From assembly GCA_018714405.1 (NCBI GenBank), contig DVNM01000028.1:1221-65220 (forward strand): a DNA stretch of 64,000 nucleotides, in the 5' to 3' direction. Below, in pieces: positions 55,393 through 64,000 of this stretch. A program made the translations under genes and the position numbers. This DNA comes from Candidatus Scybalenecus merdavium. GTDB taxonomy: Bacteria; Bacillota; Clostridia; Oscillospirales; Acutalibacteraceae. Under the pieces are notes generated by a model that was not told where the DNA came from, ran no database searches, and was given only the letters and a program-made list of their open reading frames with translations. Every line of letters begins with the position of its first letter. Positions within the stretch are counted from its first letter, which is position 1.

Positions 55393-56283
55393 TCAGTCAA
55401 GGCCGAAATTGTGAATGAGTCCTTCGCGGTTGCGCCAGCCCTCTTTGACCTTGACCCAGGTGTGCAGATTGACCTGCACGCCGAAAAAGCGTTCCATATC
55501 CTCGCGGGCGCAGGAAGAGATTTTTTTGAGCATGGCGCCTTTTTTGCCGATGACCATGCCCTTGTGGCTTTCGCGCTCGCAATAGATCACCGCGTCGATA
55601 TCCAGAATGGCGCGGTCCTCGCGCTCACGCATCTTTTCAATAGACACGGCGATGCCGTGCGGCACCTCTTTGTCCATAAAACGCAGAATTTTTTCACGGA
55701 TCATCTCGGCTGCCAGCACACGTTCCGGCTGGTCGGTCAGCACGTCATCCGGGAAAAAATGCGGACTTTCGACCGCCAGCTTTTCCATTTCCGACAGCAG
55801 GCTGTCAACGCCCTCGCCGGTCTGTGCGCTGACCGGCACAACGCCGGCAAAATCAAAAAAGCCGCTCATGTAGGCAATGCGAGCAAGCAGATCCTGCTTG
55901 TTGCGCAGGGTGTCGATTTTATTAATGGCCAAAATAGCCGGGATCCTGCAGGCGCGGATCTTTTGCAGAAGTTCCTCTTCGCCCTTTTTCAGTTCGCCCT
56001 GCGGCTCCGTGACAAAAAGGCACGCGTCTACGCCGCCGATCGAATCGCTGACCGCCTCGTTCATTTTTTCACCCAGCTTATTGCGCGGCTTTTGCAGGCC
56101 GGGCGTATCGAGAAACACCAGCTGCGTCTCGCCGTCGGTCAAAACGCCGGTGATCTTGGTGCGGGTCGTCTGCGGCTTGCTGGAGACAATGGCAACCTTG
56201 GTGCCGAGAAAGCGGTTCAAAAGCGACGATTTGCCGACATTCGGGCAGCCGACGATGGCAATAAAAGCAGTTTTGCTGGCCAA
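55393..56283 (-). CDS. era: GTPase Era
   Basis: It has G1 (GCPNVGKSS) and G3 (DTPG) motifs and a C-terminal KH domain. The TTG start directly follows the ybeY stop. Confidence 0.93.
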   Translation of the reverse strand: MASKTAFIAIVGCPNVGKSSLLNRFLGTKVAIVSSKPQTTRTKITGVLTDGETQLVFLDTPGLQKPRNKLGEKMNEAVSDSIGGVDACLFVTEPQGELKKGEEELLQKIRACRIPAILAINKIDTLRNKQDLLARIAYMSGFFDFAGVVPVSAQTGEGVDSLLSEMEKLAVESPHFFPDDVLTDQPERVLAAEMIREKILRFMDKEVPHGIAVSIEKMREREDRAILDIDAVIYCERESHKGMVIGKKGAMLKKISSCAREDMERFFGVQVNLHTWVKVKEGWRNREGLIHNFGLD

Positions 56284-56787
56284 TTACTCGTCCCCCATAT
56301 AGTAGCTGTCGTCACGCTTCCAGCCGATTTTCGTAAGCACCGTTTCTTCCTTTTCACGCATGTGCACGGCTTCGATGCCGCTGGTCTCGTGGTCATAGCC
56401 CAAAAGATGCAGCATGCTGTGCACCGTCAAAAAGCCGACCTCGCGCTGCAGCGGATGGTTATAAAGCTCGGCCTGTTCAAATGCCTTTTCCATGGAAATC
56501 ACGATGTCGCCGAGGATCTTGGCGCCCGTGTCGTTATTGACGTCATACTCGCCGTCTTTTCCCATCGGGAAACTGAGCACGTCGGTCTCTTTGTCGATAT
56601 TCCTGTATTTTTTATTGAGCACGCGGATCTGCTCGTTGTCCACAAAACTCACACTGACCTCCGCATCATCCTGGAAGCCCTCCATTTCCAGCACGGCGTG
56701 ACAGCAGCGGCGGATCAGAAGGCGGATACCCGTCGGGATCTTCACTTTTTTCTGGTTGTTTGTGATCTCCACTTTCACCTTGTTCAT
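56284..56787 (-). CDS. ybeY: rRNA maturation endoribonuclease YbeY
   Basis: It carries the zinc motif HSMLHLLGYDH. Length is 167 aa. It shares an ATGA overlap with phoH. Confidence 0.93.
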   Translation of the reverse strand: MNKVKVEITNNQKKVKIPTGIRLLIRRCCHAVLEMEGFQDDAEVSVSFVDNEQIRVLNKKYRNIDKETDVLSFPMGKDGEYDVNNDTGAKILGDIVISMEKAFEQAELYNHPLQREVGFLTVHSMLHLLGYDHETSGIEAVHMREKEETVLTKIGWKRDDSYYMGDE

Positions 56788-57758
56788 GGGAGCTTTTTCC
56801 TCCTTCTCTCTTCATCATATTTTTCATAAGCTCGGATAATATTCTGTACCAAACGGTGGCGCACCACGTCTTTTTCCGTAAAGCGGATAACGGCGATGTC
56901 CTCTACGTTCTTCAAAATCTGCACCACCGATTTCAAGCCGGACGTTTTGCCGCTTGGCAGGTCAATCTGGGTAATGTCGCCCGTCACGACCATTTTGGAC
57001 TGAAAGCCCAGACGCGTCAAAAACATTTTCATCTGTTCCGGTGTGGTGTTCTGCGCCTCGTCCAGAATAATAAAGCTGTCGTCGAGCGTGCGGCCGCGCA
57101 TGTAGGCGAGGGGCGCGACCTCGATGGCGCCGCGTTCCTGGAATTTCTGGAAGTTTTCCGCCCCCAGAAGATCAAAAAGCGCATCATAAAGAGGGCGCAG
57201 ATACGGGTCCACTTTTGACTGCAGGTCGCCGGGCAGAAAGCCGAGCTTTTCGCCGGCCTCGACCGCAGGACGCGTCAAAATGATGCGCGACACCTCTTTC
57301 GCGCGAAACGCCGTAACGGCCATGGCCACGGCCAGATACGTTTTACCGGTGCCGGCCGGACCGATGCCAAAGGTGATGGTGTTGCTTTCGATCGCATCGG
57401 TGTAGCGGCGCTGGCCGATCGTTTTCGGCTTGACCGGCTTGCCCTTTGCACTGACACACACGGCGCCGGTGCCGAGCGACGAGATCTTGTCTTCCTTGCC
57501 GTCGCGCACAAGCGAGATCACATAGTGCACATTCTGGTCGGTCAGGGTTTCGCCGCGGTTGATCATGAAAAGCAGTGTCTGTACGGCGCGGGCGGCCATA
57601 GACACATTTTCAGGCTCGCCCTGGATCTTGATGTCGGCACCGCGGCTGACGATCGTGACCCGGAATTCATTTTCGATCGTTTTGATATTTTCATCAAAAT
57701 TTCCGAAAAGCGAGATCACCTGTTCAACCGCTTCAATACCGATCGTTTCTTCATACAT
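56784..57758 (-). CDS. phoH: PhoH-family ATPase
   Basis: It has Walker A (GPAGTGKTYLA) and the characteristic LDEAQNTTPEQMKMFLTR motif. Length is 324 aa. Confidence 0.92.
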   Translation of the reverse strand: MYEETIGIEAVEQVISLFGNFDENIKTIENEFRVTIVSRGADIKIQGEPENVSMAARAVQTLLFMINRGETLTDQNVHYVISLVRDGKEDKISSLGTGAVCVSAKGKPVKPKTIGQRRYTDAIESNTITFGIGPAGTGKTYLAVAMAVTAFRAKEVSRIILTRPAVEAGEKLGFLPGDLQSKVDPYLRPLYDALFDLLGAENFQKFQERGAIEVAPLAYMRGRTLDDSFIILDEAQNTTPEQMKMFLTRLGFQSKMVVTGDITQIDLPSGKTSGLKSVVQILKNVEDIAVIRFTEKDVVRHRLVQNIIRAYEKYDEERRRKKLP

Positions 57759-58561
57759 TAGCCAATCTCTACCTTAATTTTTTCAATTCTGCGTTCGGCG
57801 ACCTGTTCTACCGTAAACGACAGGTTGCCGTACTGGGCGTGCGCCTTTTCGCGCGGTTTCGGCAAATAGCCGAGCAGGGTGATGACAAAGCCGGCCAGCG
57901 TGTCGTAGTCACCCTCCGGCAAAGAGACGCCGAGCACCTTTTCCACCTCTTCGATATAGGCGAGGCCCTCAAACAAATACGTCTTGTCGTCGATCTTGCT
58001 GTAGTCGTGCTCATCCTCGTCGTACTCATCCTGAATGTTGCCGACGATGCTTTCCACCAGATCTTCCATGGTAACGATACCGTCCGTGCCGCCGTATTCA
58101 TCGACGACGACAGCCATCTGCACATGCGACTCGACCATGCGCTGAAACAGCTTGATGCAGTCAATGGTACCGGGCACCAGCATAGGCTCACGGTAGAAAT
58201 CGGAAAGCTTGGCTTCGGGCGAGATCTCGGTGCCGACATAGCGCAGCAGATCCTTTACATAAACGATGCCCCGGATGTTGTCCAGGTCTTCCTGATAGAC
58301 CGGGATGCGGGAAAAGCCGGTTTCAATCGAGAGTCTGACCAGGTCTAAAATGCTGTCCTCCTCCTCGACCGCCTCAATGTCGGTGCGGTGCGTCATCAGA
58401 TCCTCGGCACAAAGGTCGTCAAAATCAAAAATATTTTTGATCATTTCGCGCTGTGAATCGTCGAGCTCGCCCTTTTGACTGTCATCCTCAACGAGTTGTT
58501 TGATTTCTTCTTCGGTCGTACTTTCGCGTTTTAAAAATCTGGCAAATAGACCACTGCCCAT
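57758..58561 (-). CDS. CorC/YbeX-like protein (CBS pair plus CorC_HlyC domain, no membrane domain)
   Basis: The 267-aa protein has a CBS-pair region (FDDLCAEDLMTHRTDI...IPVY) and a C-terminal transporter-associated domain. It shares a TAATG overlap with phoH. Confidence 0.8.
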   Translation of the reverse strand: MGSGLFARFLKRESTTEEEIKQLVEDDSQKGELDDSQREMIKNIFDFDDLCAEDLMTHRTDIEAVEEEDSILDLVRLSIETGFSRIPVYQEDLDNIRGIVYVKDLLRYVGTEISPEAKLSDFYREPMLVPGTIDCIKLFQRMVESHVQMAVVVDEYGGTDGIVTMEDLVESIVGNIQDEYDEDEHDYSKIDDKTYLFEGLAYIEEVEKVLGVSLPEGDYDTLAGFVITLLGYLPKPREKAHAQYGNLSFTVEQVAERRIEKIKVEIG

Positions 58562-58634
58562 ACAGGCAATCCCTCCAAATAACTGTATTTTATTATTTTA
58601 CACAGAATTTATGTTTTCTTTATGGTTATGAGTT

Positions 58635-58663
58635 ATTATATAATATAAAACCGGTTTTGTAAA
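58635..58663 (-). promoter_or_regulatory. promoter of the corC-phoH-ybeY-era operon
   Basis: On the minus strand: TTTACA, 17-nt spacer, TATAAT. Confidence 0.5.
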
Positions 58664-58666
58664 GAC

Positions 58667-58694
58667 TTGAAAAAGAACGAATGTCTGTTATAAT
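58667..58694 (+). promoter_or_regulatory. promoter of the FkbM-MscS-TauE-sulfatase operon
   Basis: TTGAAA, 16-nt spacer, TATAAT, with a TGt extended -10. Confidence 0.6.
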
Positions 58695-58770
58695 TATTAT
58701 AAATCAGTCTGTAATATTATTTGATCGTTACGAAACGGCTGTTTTTACCCAAAAAGGCAGACAAAAAACA

Positions 58771-59856
58771 ATGCTGGAAAAAATCAACGAGATCAATGTG
58801 TGGGACCGGCTTCGCGCCTGCAAAAAGCCGATCGTTTTATACGGCATGGGCAACGGCGCCGAACAGATTTTAAGCCGTTTTAAACAGCTCGGCATCGCAT
58901 GGGACGGCATTTTTGCATCTGACGGATTTGTCAGGGGCCAGTCCTTTTGCGGCAAAAAAGTACGGCGCTACGATGAGATCTGCCAGGAATACGGCGACTT
59001 TGTCATTGTTTTGGGCTTTGCAAGCGCGCGGCCCGAAGTGCTGGCAAATGTGCGGGCTCTGGCCGAAAAACACACCCTGTTTGCACCCGACGTGCCGGTC
59101 TGCGGCGGCGGACTTTTTACGCGCGAATACGTTGCCGAACACAACGATGCGTTTGACCGCGCTTACGAACTGCTTGCAGACGAGCGTTCCCGGCGCGACT
59201 ATCTTTCTGTTTTGCATTTTAAAGTATCGGGCAAGATCGACTACCTGCTTTCCTGTTTTGCCGAGAAAAAAGATATTTATAAAAATATACTCCATCTGTC
59301 CGAAAGCGAGGCCGTTGCCGACCTTGGCGCCTATACCGGCGACACGGTGCAGGAGATATTGTGTGCGACCGGCGGCCGGTATAAAGCCATCTATGCCTTG
59401 GAACCAAACGCAAAAAGTTTTCAGAAGCTGCAAAAAAACACGGCCGGGCTCCAAAACGTGCAGCTTTTCCCGTTGGCAGCCTGGGATAAAAACGAAACAC
59501 TGCTGTTTGGCAGATCCGCCTCACGCGGCGCGCACGCCGCTCAAAACGGACTGCCTGTACAGGCCGTGCGGCTGGACGATATCTTGGACGCACCCGTCAC
59601 ACTGCTGAAAATGGACGTAGAGGGCGCCGAAGCCAGGGCGCTTGCCGGCGCGGCCGAAACCATACGCCGGCATCACCCAAAGCTTTATGTTTGCGCCTAC
59701 CACCGTAACGAGGATCTGTTTGCCCTGCCCCTGCAAATCAGCCGACTGGGCAGATATAACATATATTTTCGCCATACGCCGTACATTCCGGCGTGGGAGA
59801 GCAATTTTTACTGCACGCCGCAGCCGAGCGAAACGGCGGCGTTTCAGAAATGGTGA
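58771..59856 (+). CDS. FkbM-family methyltransferase with an N-terminal Rossmann-like domain
   Basis: The start is moved to ATG 58771. The C-terminal half carries FkbM-type motifs (VADLGAYTGDTV, EPNAKSFQKLQKN, LLKMDVEGAEARAL). Confidence 0.75.
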   Translation: MLEKINEINVWDRLRACKKPIVLYGMGNGAEQILSRFKQLGIAWDGIFASDGFVRGQSFCGKKVRRYDEICQEYGDFVIVLGFASARPEVLANVRALAEKHTLFAPDVPVCGGGLFTREYVAEHNDAFDRAYELLADERSRRDYLSVLHFKVSGKIDYLLSCFAEKKDIYKNILHLSESEAVADLGAYTGDTVQEILCATGGRYKAIYALEPNAKSFQKLQKNTAGLQNVQLFPLAAWDKNETLLFGRSASRGAHAAQNGLPVQAVRLDDILDAPVTLLKMDVEGAEARALAGAAETIRRHHPKLYVCAYHRNEDLFALPLQISRLGRYNIYFRHTPYIPAWESNFYCTPQPSETAAFQKW

Positions 59857-59862
59857 TTTTTT

Positions 59863-60924
59863 ATGGATGCCCTACAAACATTTGTTACGCAAAACGAACT
59901 GCTGATACGCATTGCCGCATCGGTCATACTTTTTGTTTTATTTTTTACCCTGCGCAAGCGATTTACAGCCGCCATTACCAGGCTGACGCAAAAAGCGCTG
60001 CACAAAAAGCCCGCCCTGGCCGCCGAAGTGGCCGACTCCATCAAAATGCCGCTGCACATCTTTTTTGCGCTGTTCGGCGTGTTTTTGGCCACGCAGCTTG
60101 TCAACGTCAGCGCTGCAGTCACATCTTTCGGCGTCAAGGCGCTGAAAATCGCCGTGATCTTTTTGATTTGCTGGGCGGCCGTAAACATGCTGGATGAGCA
60201 GTCGCCGCTGCTGCAAAAGCTGAAAAATGCCGACGGCAACGTCAATTTGACGGCGTGCAAGTTCATTTCCAACCTGCTGCGTGTGGCCGTTTTCTGTATC
60301 GGCTTTGTCATTATTTTAAACGAGTTCGGTTACAACATCACCGGTGTCATCACCGGGCTGGGACTGGGCGGCCTAACGCTTTCGCTTGCCGCCAAAGACA
60401 GCATTCAGAACATGATCAGCGGCTTCATCGTCATTTTTGACAAGCCGTTTGCAGTCGGCGACTACATTTCCGTTGCCGGCCAGGAAGGCACTGTAAAAGA
60501 TATTACGATGCGTTCCACCAAGCTTTCTGCCTCTGACGGCACCGAGATCATCATTCCGAACTCCACCGTAACAAACAGCGCCATTCAGAACTTGAGCAAA
60601 ATCTCCAGCCGCATTGTGGAGCTGAATTTAAAATTTGCGCCGGCCGCGCCGGAAAACCTGCGCGCCTTTGAAAAGGATGTGCGCAGCTGCATGGAGACGA
60701 ACGAAATGCTCGACTGCGCCGCCATGCGCGTGACCTTGAGCGACCTGGCGGGCCGGACACCGCAGGTCAGCATCTGGTGCCCGACAAAGACCGGCGACAT
60801 CCAGGCATTTGAAAAAATTAAGGAAGACATAAATTTTGCGCTGATGCGGCTTGCTGAAAAGCACGGTCTGACACTTGCGCAGAGCCTGCTGCCCACTGCG
60901 CCAAACAACGAGGAGCCGAAATGA
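59863..60924 (+). CDS. MscS-family mechanosensitive channel
   Basis: TM helices are followed by the MscS pore/beta-domain signature (LAAKDSIQNMISGFIVIFDKPFAVGDYI...GTVKDITMRSTKL). Confidence 0.88.
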   Translation: MDALQTFVTQNELLIRIAASVILFVLFFTLRKRFTAAITRLTQKALHKKPALAAEVADSIKMPLHIFFALFGVFLATQLVNVSAAVTSFGVKALKIAVIFLICWAAVNMLDEQSPLLQKLKNADGNVNLTACKFISNLLRVAVFCIGFVIILNEFGYNITGVITGLGLGGLTLSLAAKDSIQNMISGFIVIFDKPFAVGDYISVAGQEGTVKDITMRSTKLSASDGTEIIIPNSTVTNSAIQNLSKISSRIVELNLKFAPAAPENLRAFEKDVRSCMETNEMLDCAAMRVTLSDLAGRTPQVSIWCPTKTGDIQAFEKIKEDINFALMRLAEKHGLTLAQSLLPTAPNNEEPK

Positions 60925-61712
60925 TCGCCGTTTTATATGCTGCCATCGTATTTGGCGCCACATTTTTGGGCGCATTCGTAGGTCTCGGCGGCGGCGTGAT
61001 CATCAAGCCGCTGTTCGACCTTGCCGGATTTGACACGGTAGACACCGTCAACTTTCTGTCGGCCTGCGCCGTGTTTGCCATGTCGGTCGCCTCCACCATA
61101 AAATACAGGCGTGAAAAACGGCCGACCGACAAAAAAATCATTCTGCTTTGTGCCTGCGGCGCCGTAGCCGGCGGGATTTTAGGCAACGTTTTGTTTGACG
61201 CCGTGCTCGAAGCGGTCGGCCGGCCCGAAATCGTCAAATCTGTACAGGCTGCCATTTTGGCTGTGCTGCTGATCGCCAGCGTATGCTACATTAATCTGAA
61301 AAATCCGAAGACCCTGCATGTGACGCACCCGGCCGGCATCGCTGCCGCCGGGCTGATGCTTGGTGTGACCAGTTCGTTTTTAGGGGTCGGCGGCGGGCCG
61401 ATCAACGTGGCCGCCATGGTGCTGTTTTTCTCCATCACCGTAAAAGACGCGGCCGTATACAGCGTTGCCGTCATCTTTTTTACACAGCTCTCCAAACTGG
61501 TGACCATATTTATAGACAACCAGTTTGCGCCGTACGGCGAACGGCTGTGGCTGCTGCTTTTGCTCGTGCCCTGCGCCGTGCTGGGCGGTATTCTGGGCGC
61601 CAGATATAATAAAAAGGCAGACGGCAAGAAGATCAGCAAAGTCTTTTCTGTCGCCGTTTCGGCCATTGCTCTTGTAAACATTTATAACGCGGTCAGCATC
61701 TTTTTCAGCTGA
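60921..61712 (+). CDS. TauE/SafE-family anion (sulfite-type) exporter
   Basis: The 263-aa polytopic protein has a GLGGGVIIKPL motif and a second LGVGGGPINV repeat. It shares an ATGA overlap with the MscS gene. Confidence 0.85.
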   Translation: MIAVLYAAIVFGATFLGAFVGLGGGVIIKPLFDLAGFDTVDTVNFLSACAVFAMSVASTIKYRREKRPTDKKIILLCACGAVAGGILGNVLFDAVLEAVGRPEIVKSVQAAILAVLLIASVCYINLKNPKTLHVTHPAGIAAAGLMLGVTSSFLGVGGGPINVAAMVLFFSITVKDAAVYSVAVIFFTQLSKLVTIFIDNQFAPYGERLWLLLLLVPCAVLGGILGARYNKKADGKKISKVFSVAVSAIALVNIYNAVSIFFS

Positions 61713-61744
61713 CCCAGGCTACACCGTATTTAGAAAGGAACGCC

Positions 61745-63073
61745 ATGGACAAAAAGCCGAACATTATTTTTTATTTCAGTGACCAGCAGCGCTGGGACAC
61801 GGTAAACGACGAGGTCACCCCAAACCTGATGCAGCTGGCGCAGGAAGGGACCCTGTTTGAAAACAACTTTACCTGCCAGCCGGTGTGCGGGCCGGCACGC
61901 GCATGTTTGCAGACCGGTGTTTACGCCACACAGAGCGGCTGCTACTGGAACGGCGTGGCGCTGCCCGAAAACAGCGAAACGCTGGCCACCCACTTTAACG
62001 GCGCCGGCTACCAGACGGCCTACATCGGCAAATGGCACCTGGCCTCTGACCGCTACCCGGGCGTTGGTGTGCACTGCGAAAAAACAGCGGTGCCGCGTGC
62101 ACGCATGGGCGGCTATCAATACTGGCGCGCAGCCGACGTGCTGGAATTCACCTCGCACGGTTACGACGGGTACATATTTGATGAAAACGGCAAACAGATC
62201 GATTTTAAAGGCTACCGCGTAGACTGCATCAACGACTTTGCACTGGAATTTTTAGAAAACCGTGACAGAAAAAAGCCGTTTTTCCTGTTCGTGTCGCAGC
62301 TGGAGCCGCACCACCAAAACGACCGCCACCGCGTAGAAGGCTATAAAGAGACAGTCGAAAAATACAGGGACTATCCCCTGCCGGCAGACCTGACTTTTTT
62401 AAAGGGTGACTACAAAGAAAACTACCCTGACTACATCAGCGCCATCAACCGGCTGGACTACAATGTGGGGCGGCTGGTGCAAAAGCTAAAAGACCTGGGT
62501 ATTTATGATGACACGATCATTTTGTATACCTCGGACCACGGATGCCATTTTAAAACAAGGAACCCGGAATACAAGCGCAGCTGCCATGATTCCGCCACAC
62601 ATACGCCGCTCATCATCAAAGGCGGCGGCTTTGCACCCGGCAAAAGGGAAAAGCGCCTGTCCAGCCTGATCGACCTGCCGCCCACCCTGCTTTCCATGGC
62701 CGGGCTGCCCGTGCCAAAAGACTACATGGGCGTGGATCTGACCGAGCAGGCGGCCAATCCCGATGAAAAGCGAGACTGCGTTTTTATGCAGATCAGCGAA
62801 AGTCAGTGCGGCCGCGCGATACGCACGGACCGCTTCAAATACGCGGTACGCAGCGCCTCGCCGCAGGGCTACACACAGCACAGCGCCAAGGTGTATTTTG
62901 AAGATTACCTATATGATTTGGAAAAAGATCCTTGTGAAAAAAACAACCTGATCAAAAGCCCGGCGTACCGCCATGTGCGCGAAGAGCTGAAATACCTGCT
63001 GATCGACCAGATGACGGCCGCCGGGGAAGAACACCCGCTGATCTTCCCTGCTGTGATCCGGCGCAAGAAATAA
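61745..63073 (+). CDS. Cys-type sulfatase (alkaline-phosphatase superfamily)
   Basis: It has PNIIFYFSDQQRWD, the formylglycine motif CQPVCGPARACLQTG (C-x-P-x-R), and YTSDHG. There is no signal peptide. Confidence 0.88.
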   Translation: MDKKPNIIFYFSDQQRWDTVNDEVTPNLMQLAQEGTLFENNFTCQPVCGPARACLQTGVYATQSGCYWNGVALPENSETLATHFNGAGYQTAYIGKWHLASDRYPGVGVHCEKTAVPRARMGGYQYWRAADVLEFTSHGYDGYIFDENGKQIDFKGYRVDCINDFALEFLENRDRKKPFFLFVSQLEPHHQNDRHRVEGYKETVEKYRDYPLPADLTFLKGDYKENYPDYISAINRLDYNVGRLVQKLKDLGIYDDTIILYTSDHGCHFKTRNPEYKRSCHDSATHTPLIIKGGGFAPGKREKRLSSLIDLPPTLLSMAGLPVPKDYMGVDLTEQAANPDEKRDCVFMQISESQCGRAIRTDRFKYAVRSASPQGYTQHSAKVYFEDYLYDLEKDPCEKNNLIKSPAYRHVREELKYLLIDQMTAAGEEHPLIFPAVIRRKK

Positions 63074-63084
63074 ATAATTATAAA

Positions 63085-63110
63085 ACCGCCGTACACTTGT
63101 ACGGCGGTTC
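63085..63110. repeat. copy 1 of an identical 26-nt hairpin (ACCGCCGTACACTTGTACGGCGGTTC)
   Basis: A 10-bp stem with a 4-nt loop, and an A-rich 5' flank. It is identical to 63510-63535. Confidence 0.9.
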
Positions 63111-63161
63111 AGCGTATCAAAGAAGGTATAATGGAAACAAATTATACAATCTGATACGCTG
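63110..63161. other. long imperfect hairpin
   Basis: The outer 10-bp stem is CAGCGTATCA / TGATACGCTG. The inner stem is GTATAAT / ATTATAC. Confidence 0.6.
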
Positions 63162-63300
63162 AAAGACTGTCAAAAAGACGAGTTGGATTTTGTATTTTGC
63201 GAGCGGGAGCCGTCGTCTAAATGCACGCCGATACGTTCGCAACCGCCTTTTGAATGATTTGTTGCGGCAATTGCTCACTTCAAGCGTGCATTTCTCCTCT

Positions 63301-63329
63301 CCCCAAAAAGCCATATGGCTTTTTTGGGG
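63301..63329. other. near-perfect palindromic hairpin
   Basis: CCCCAAAAAGCCAT / ATGGCTTTTTTGGGG, with one bulged T. Confidence 0.7.
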
Positions 63330-63369
63330 ACCCCCTAAGTACTGCCCCCGAGCAAAAGACAAAAAGCGC

Positions 63370-63395
63370 AAAAACCGCACAGCTGTGCGGTTTTT
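63370..63395. terminator. canonical bidirectional terminator-like hairpin inside non-coding DNA
   Basis: AAAAA-CCGCAC-AGCT-GTGCGG-TTTTT. Confidence 0.6.
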
Positions 63396-63509
63396 CTGCT
63401 TTTAAAACGTTTGATCGCTTTTTAACGTGTTTTCTGTTTAAGAAAAACAATAAATCATTTTCTATTTATTGTTTATATGCGCGGTCCAGCCGGCTTTTTC
63501 GACAGTCTC

Positions 63510-63535
63510 ACCGCCGTACACTTGTACGGCGGTTC
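63510..63535. repeat. copy 2 of the identical 26-nt hairpin
   Basis: The same 26 nt as 63085-63110, followed by the T-rich TTGTTTG. It lies 14 nt from the stop of the UDG-family gene. Confidence 0.9.
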
Positions 63536-63548
63536 TTGTTTGCGAAAA

Positions 63549-64000
63549 TCAAGAGCAATGCAGGTAAGGCAAAATCACGCGCCAGGCCTCTACCAATCGT
63601 TCCAGAGAATAAGCGGCGTTGGCCGGACTTGTGGACGGCAGCACCACGGCCGGCATGCCGGTCTCTTTTTCCAGATACTTTTTATAAAGACTGCCGGACT
63701 TTGCCCCGTTTGCAAACACGGCGGCGATCGGCGCAGACGAAGTGATTTTGGCCACATCGTTGACACGGACATTCGTAATAGAACTGTCGGACGAACCGGC
63801 AATGTCGCACGAGGCGATCACATCCCAAAGCGCAATATGCGTGCGCAGCAAAAACGCCTTTTTTTCGGCAATGCTTTGCGGGCACACTTCGCCGGTCACG
63901 GCTGACACGACCTGCCAGAAACGGTTGTACTTATAGGAATAAAAGAACTGCATTTCGCGGGATTTGACCGACGGGAAGGAACCGAGGATCAGGATTTTCG
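63549..64000 (-). CDS. uracil-DNA glycosylase superfamily protein (DNA-deoxyinosine glycosylase-like), N-terminus beyond window edge
   Basis: The frame stays open upstream of the track ORF to the window edge. There it reads ...ILILGSFPSVKSREMQFFYSYKYNRFWQ, which is the UDG-fold motif-1 region. It is partial. Confidence 0.7.
   Translation of the reverse strand, partial: KILILGSFPSVKSREMQFFYSYKYNRFWQVVSAVTGEVCPQSIAEKKAFLLRTHIALWDVIASCDIAGSSDSSITNVRVNDVAKITSSAPIAAVFANGAKSGSLYKKYLEKETGMPAVVLPSTSPANAAYSLERLVEAWRVILPYLHCS

Noticed and set aside
57758-58561. The CorC-like protein lacking the DUF21 membrane domain, as a possible truncation.
   Set aside because: E. coli CorC/YbeX, encoded with phoH (ybeZ) and ybeY, is likewise a soluble CBS plus CorC_HlyC protein. 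The ORF has a good RBS (GGAGGG) and a complete domain set, so this is the normal architecture.
63117-63745. ORFs 63117..63380 (-), 63190..63405 (+), 63254..63745 (+) and 63477..63905 (+) in and around the 399-nt insert.
   Set aside because: They have no RBS and basic, low-complexity translations. They run straight through palindromic hairpins or lie antisense to the UDG-family gene. The strong SD-like GGAGAGGAGAA on the minus strand at about 63290 precedes only a 3-codon frame.

Overview
This 64-kb window is a chromosomal segment of a Gram-positive anaerobe. Coding regions look roughly 55-60% GC by eye. Gene content suggests Clostridia, possibly Oscillospiraceae/Ruminococcaceae-like; that placement is inference, not a database result.

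The window is dominated by core genes:
- An L-fucose operon (aldolase, FGGY kinase, fucI), a PepV-type dipeptidase and a GH18 lipoprotein.
- A solitary initiator tRNA-fMet, a split ThrE-type exporter pair and a glycerate kinase block.
- A GH38 alpha-mannosidase.
- A complete minus-strand dcw cluster: mraZ-rsmH-ftsL-PBP-murE-murF-mraY-ftsW-murG-murA-ftsQ, then ftsZ.
- ylxM-ffh-rpsP-KH, rpsB-tsf, and murT-gatD.
- A redox neighbourhood of [FeFe] hydrogenase, nfnAB and an Fe-ADH.
- mutS2, and corC-phoH-ybeY-era-(yqzL)-recO.
- A FkbM methyltransferase / MscS / TauE / sulfatase operon.

I found no CRISPR array, no rRNA, no transposase, integrase or phage gene, and no recognisable defence or toxin-antitoxin module. 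I cannot point to a convincing multi-gene novel system.

The observations most worth a second look are small-scale:
- An identical 26-nt terminator hairpin is duplicated around a 399-nt hairpin-dense non-coding insert, between the sulfatase and UDG-family genes.
- Two near-consensus orphan promoters fire into apparently empty intergenic DNA that ends at terminators. These are candidate small RNAs, downstream of ftsZ and next to the IMPase terminator.
- The FkbM-MscS-TauE-sulfatase operon is an odd gene combination.
- Several small or unclassified proteins stand out: a monocistronic 63-aa tail-anchored protein, a 72-aa ORF coupled to GH38, a YqzL-like 47-aa ORF missing from the ORF track, and a surface protein with an APETG sorting-signal-like tail.
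- The dcw cluster lacks murD and ftsA and carries murA.

Many ORF-track starts were moved to RBS-supported internal starts. The long antisense ORFs in the track are rejected as GC-driven shadows.
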